DNA of 64,000 nt from positions 3,136,001-3,200,000 of the forward strand of contig OZ244621.1 in the NCBI GenBank assembly GCA_965218425.1, in the 5' to 3' direction. Origin of the DNA: an uncultured Candidatus Binatia bacterium (GTDB lineage Bacteria > Desulfobacterota > Binatia > UBA9968 > CAXXLF01). Each line of letters opens with the position of its first letter. Position 1 is the stretch's first letter. A program made the translations under genes and the position numbers. Below, piece after piece: positions 62,496 to 64,000 of the stretch. The notes under the pieces are model-generated. The model did no database searches, was not told where the DNA came from, and was given only the letters and a program-made list of their open reading frames with translations.

Positions 62496-63011
62496 AGTCG
62501 ACATACTTTGGAATGAATAGCGGTGTTAGGCTTGACAATCAGGATGTCAACGAGGTGTTAACAAGAGGCCGTCGGAATCCCTGCCTAGTGTCCATAGTAG
62601 CCTTGACTTGGGCCATCAAATAAAAATCAATTCCATCTCAGTACCACCTTGGCCTGCCGGAGCCCATCTTTCAGCACCTGTGCAGATGTCGCCATTGGTT
62701 GATCAAGAACTGGACCAATGGTGCGTAAAACAGGCAAATTCCTGTGCGTAGAGGAAACGACAGCATTACGATTTGAAGTTCCCAGTGGCTGGACTACGTT
62801 TGTGATAGTTGCTGTACCGTTATTGGGAGTACTCACACGAATTTTTTGTTGAAAACTATTTATAATGTTATTGGACAACTCCACTGTTGTAGTTGAGCCA
62901 AATGATGTTGACAAGCGATTGAGAGGTGATATAGGTACGGCTCCGTGATAGCTACAAAGTTAATGCTTTAATGGTCATAGGTTCTCAAAAATAGTCAAGG
63001 AGAGTATCGCT

Positions 63012-64000
63012 ATGCCTGTTATCGACGCAGATGGACATATACTTGAGCAGGAGGAAATGGAAGCCATGAGAAAAAAACCAACCAAGCTTAAAAAAAACCG
63101 ATATTTCCGTTTAGGTCAGCTCGTTACCTTCATCAGTCTACTGTTCACCCTCATACTGTTTCAGAGCGCATGGAGCCAATCCGGCTCGTCTCGCTCCAAG
63201 ACCATTACCGTCGGTCTGAGTACGCTGGGGGGTGAGGATATTCGGCCTTGGATGATTGCTGCGCCTGTGTTAACACCGCTAGCCAATATCTACGAGTTTC
63301 TCCTACATAGAAATCCCAAAACCAGGGCCTTGGAGCCAGGCCTCGCTGAGCGCTGGAAAGCAAGTCCGGATGGCCGCTCTATCACCTTCTTCCTCCGCAG
63401 GGGGGTCCAGTTTCATAAAAGCATGGGGGAGATGACGGCCCATGACGTAGCCTTTTCATTTGACCAGTTTATGCAACCCAAGGCACGCTCAAGTATATCG
63501 AGGGAACTGCGCCGCGTGGTGGACTCGCATAAAGCGGTGGACGACTATACATTTCAGCTACGCCTGAAGAAAAAGCGCACCGCTGACTTTCTGGGAAATT
63601 TTTCTGATGTCCCTCCCCGCCTAACAATCCTTTCCCGCAAATACTTTGAGAAGGTAGGCGAAAAACAAGCTGTCTCACACCCGGTCGGGACTGGACCCTT
63701 TCGCTTCGTGAGGCGACTGGCCGGGGAGGAGATGAGGTTGGAGGCCTTGCCCGAGCACTGGCGCAAGACCGCGCCCTTTGGGACGTTGGTTTTAAAGCAG
63801 GTGCCGGAGCCCTCCACTCGAATTGCCATGCTGCGCACCGGGGCAGCCGATATCATCGAGCTACCCATCGAATTTAAAGAGGATATTCGCAAGGCTGGTC
63901 AGGAGGTGATTGTGAATCCGGACATTGCCCTTGTCTACGTGCAATTTGGAGGGCAGGTCTTGCCAGGCCACAAGAACTACCGGCCCGACCACCCATGGGT
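63012..64000 (+). CDS. ABC transporter family-5 (OppA/DppA-like) substrate-binding protein, truncated by the window end; own start likely 63057 or 63066
   Basis: Manual translation: signal peptide, PGLAERW..SPDG..ITFFLRRGVQFH, MTAHDV.FS and PVGTGPF motifs. Confidence 0.9.
   Translation, partial: MPVIDADGHILEQEEMEAMRKKPTKLKKNRYFRLGQLVTFISLLFTLILFQSAWSQSGSSRSKTITVGLSTLGGEDIRPWMIAAPVLTPLANIYEFLLHRNPKTRALEPGLAERWKASPDGRSITFFLRRGVQFHKSMGEMTAHDVAFSFDQFMQPKARSSISRELRRVVDSHKAVDDYTFQLRLKKKRTADFLGNFSDVPPRLTILSRKYFEKVGEKQAVSHPVGTGPFRFVRRLAGEEMRLEALPEHWRKTAPFGTLVLKQVPEPSTRIAMLRTGAADIIELPIEFKEDIRKAGQEVIVNPDIALVYVQFGGQVLPGHKNYRPDHPW

Noticed and set aside
62627..62914. 95-aa minus-strand ORF in the AT-richer stretch after IS630
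   Set aside because: No SD, weak start, no recognisable motif

Overview
A mostly core-genome segment of a GC-moderate deltaproteobacterium-like chromosome. The gene order and the cupin/VOC/NMT1-SBP/UbiD accessory set suggest Candidatus Binatia (inference only). Housekeeping blocks: mutL-miaA; pheA-hisC-[aroF relic]-tyrA-aroA-cmk-rpsA-sppA-ihfB-HIT-AAA+/VWA; htpX; mutS-amidase-glnD-xerD-S2P-trpS-scpAB-rluB; GT2-hypothetical-SPL-like radical SAM-secA-four-helix-bundle-argJ; gatC-gatA-[DsbA]-gatB; rnhB-yraN-serS. Accessory parts: two near-identical IS630 copies in opposite orientation, an IS1182 fragment, several frameshifted small genes, a sigma70 paralog with a long structured leader, and a bicupin-bicupin-UbiD aromatic-catabolism cluster. 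Best hidden signals: (1) a DsbA-like selenoprotein (UGA in a UxxC motif) inside gatCAB; (2) SecA with a ~280-aa coiled-coil insertion; (3) intergenic heptamer-stutter hairpins, one enclosing a four-helix-bundle gene; (4) a 3-copy structured repeat flanking mutL, next to a probable non-canonical AUC start of miaA; (5) in-frame deletion scars of aroF and of an amidohydrolase; (6) a signal-peptide-bearing DUF151 nuclease-PDZ fusion. All family calls come from motif recognition by eye; no database search was run.
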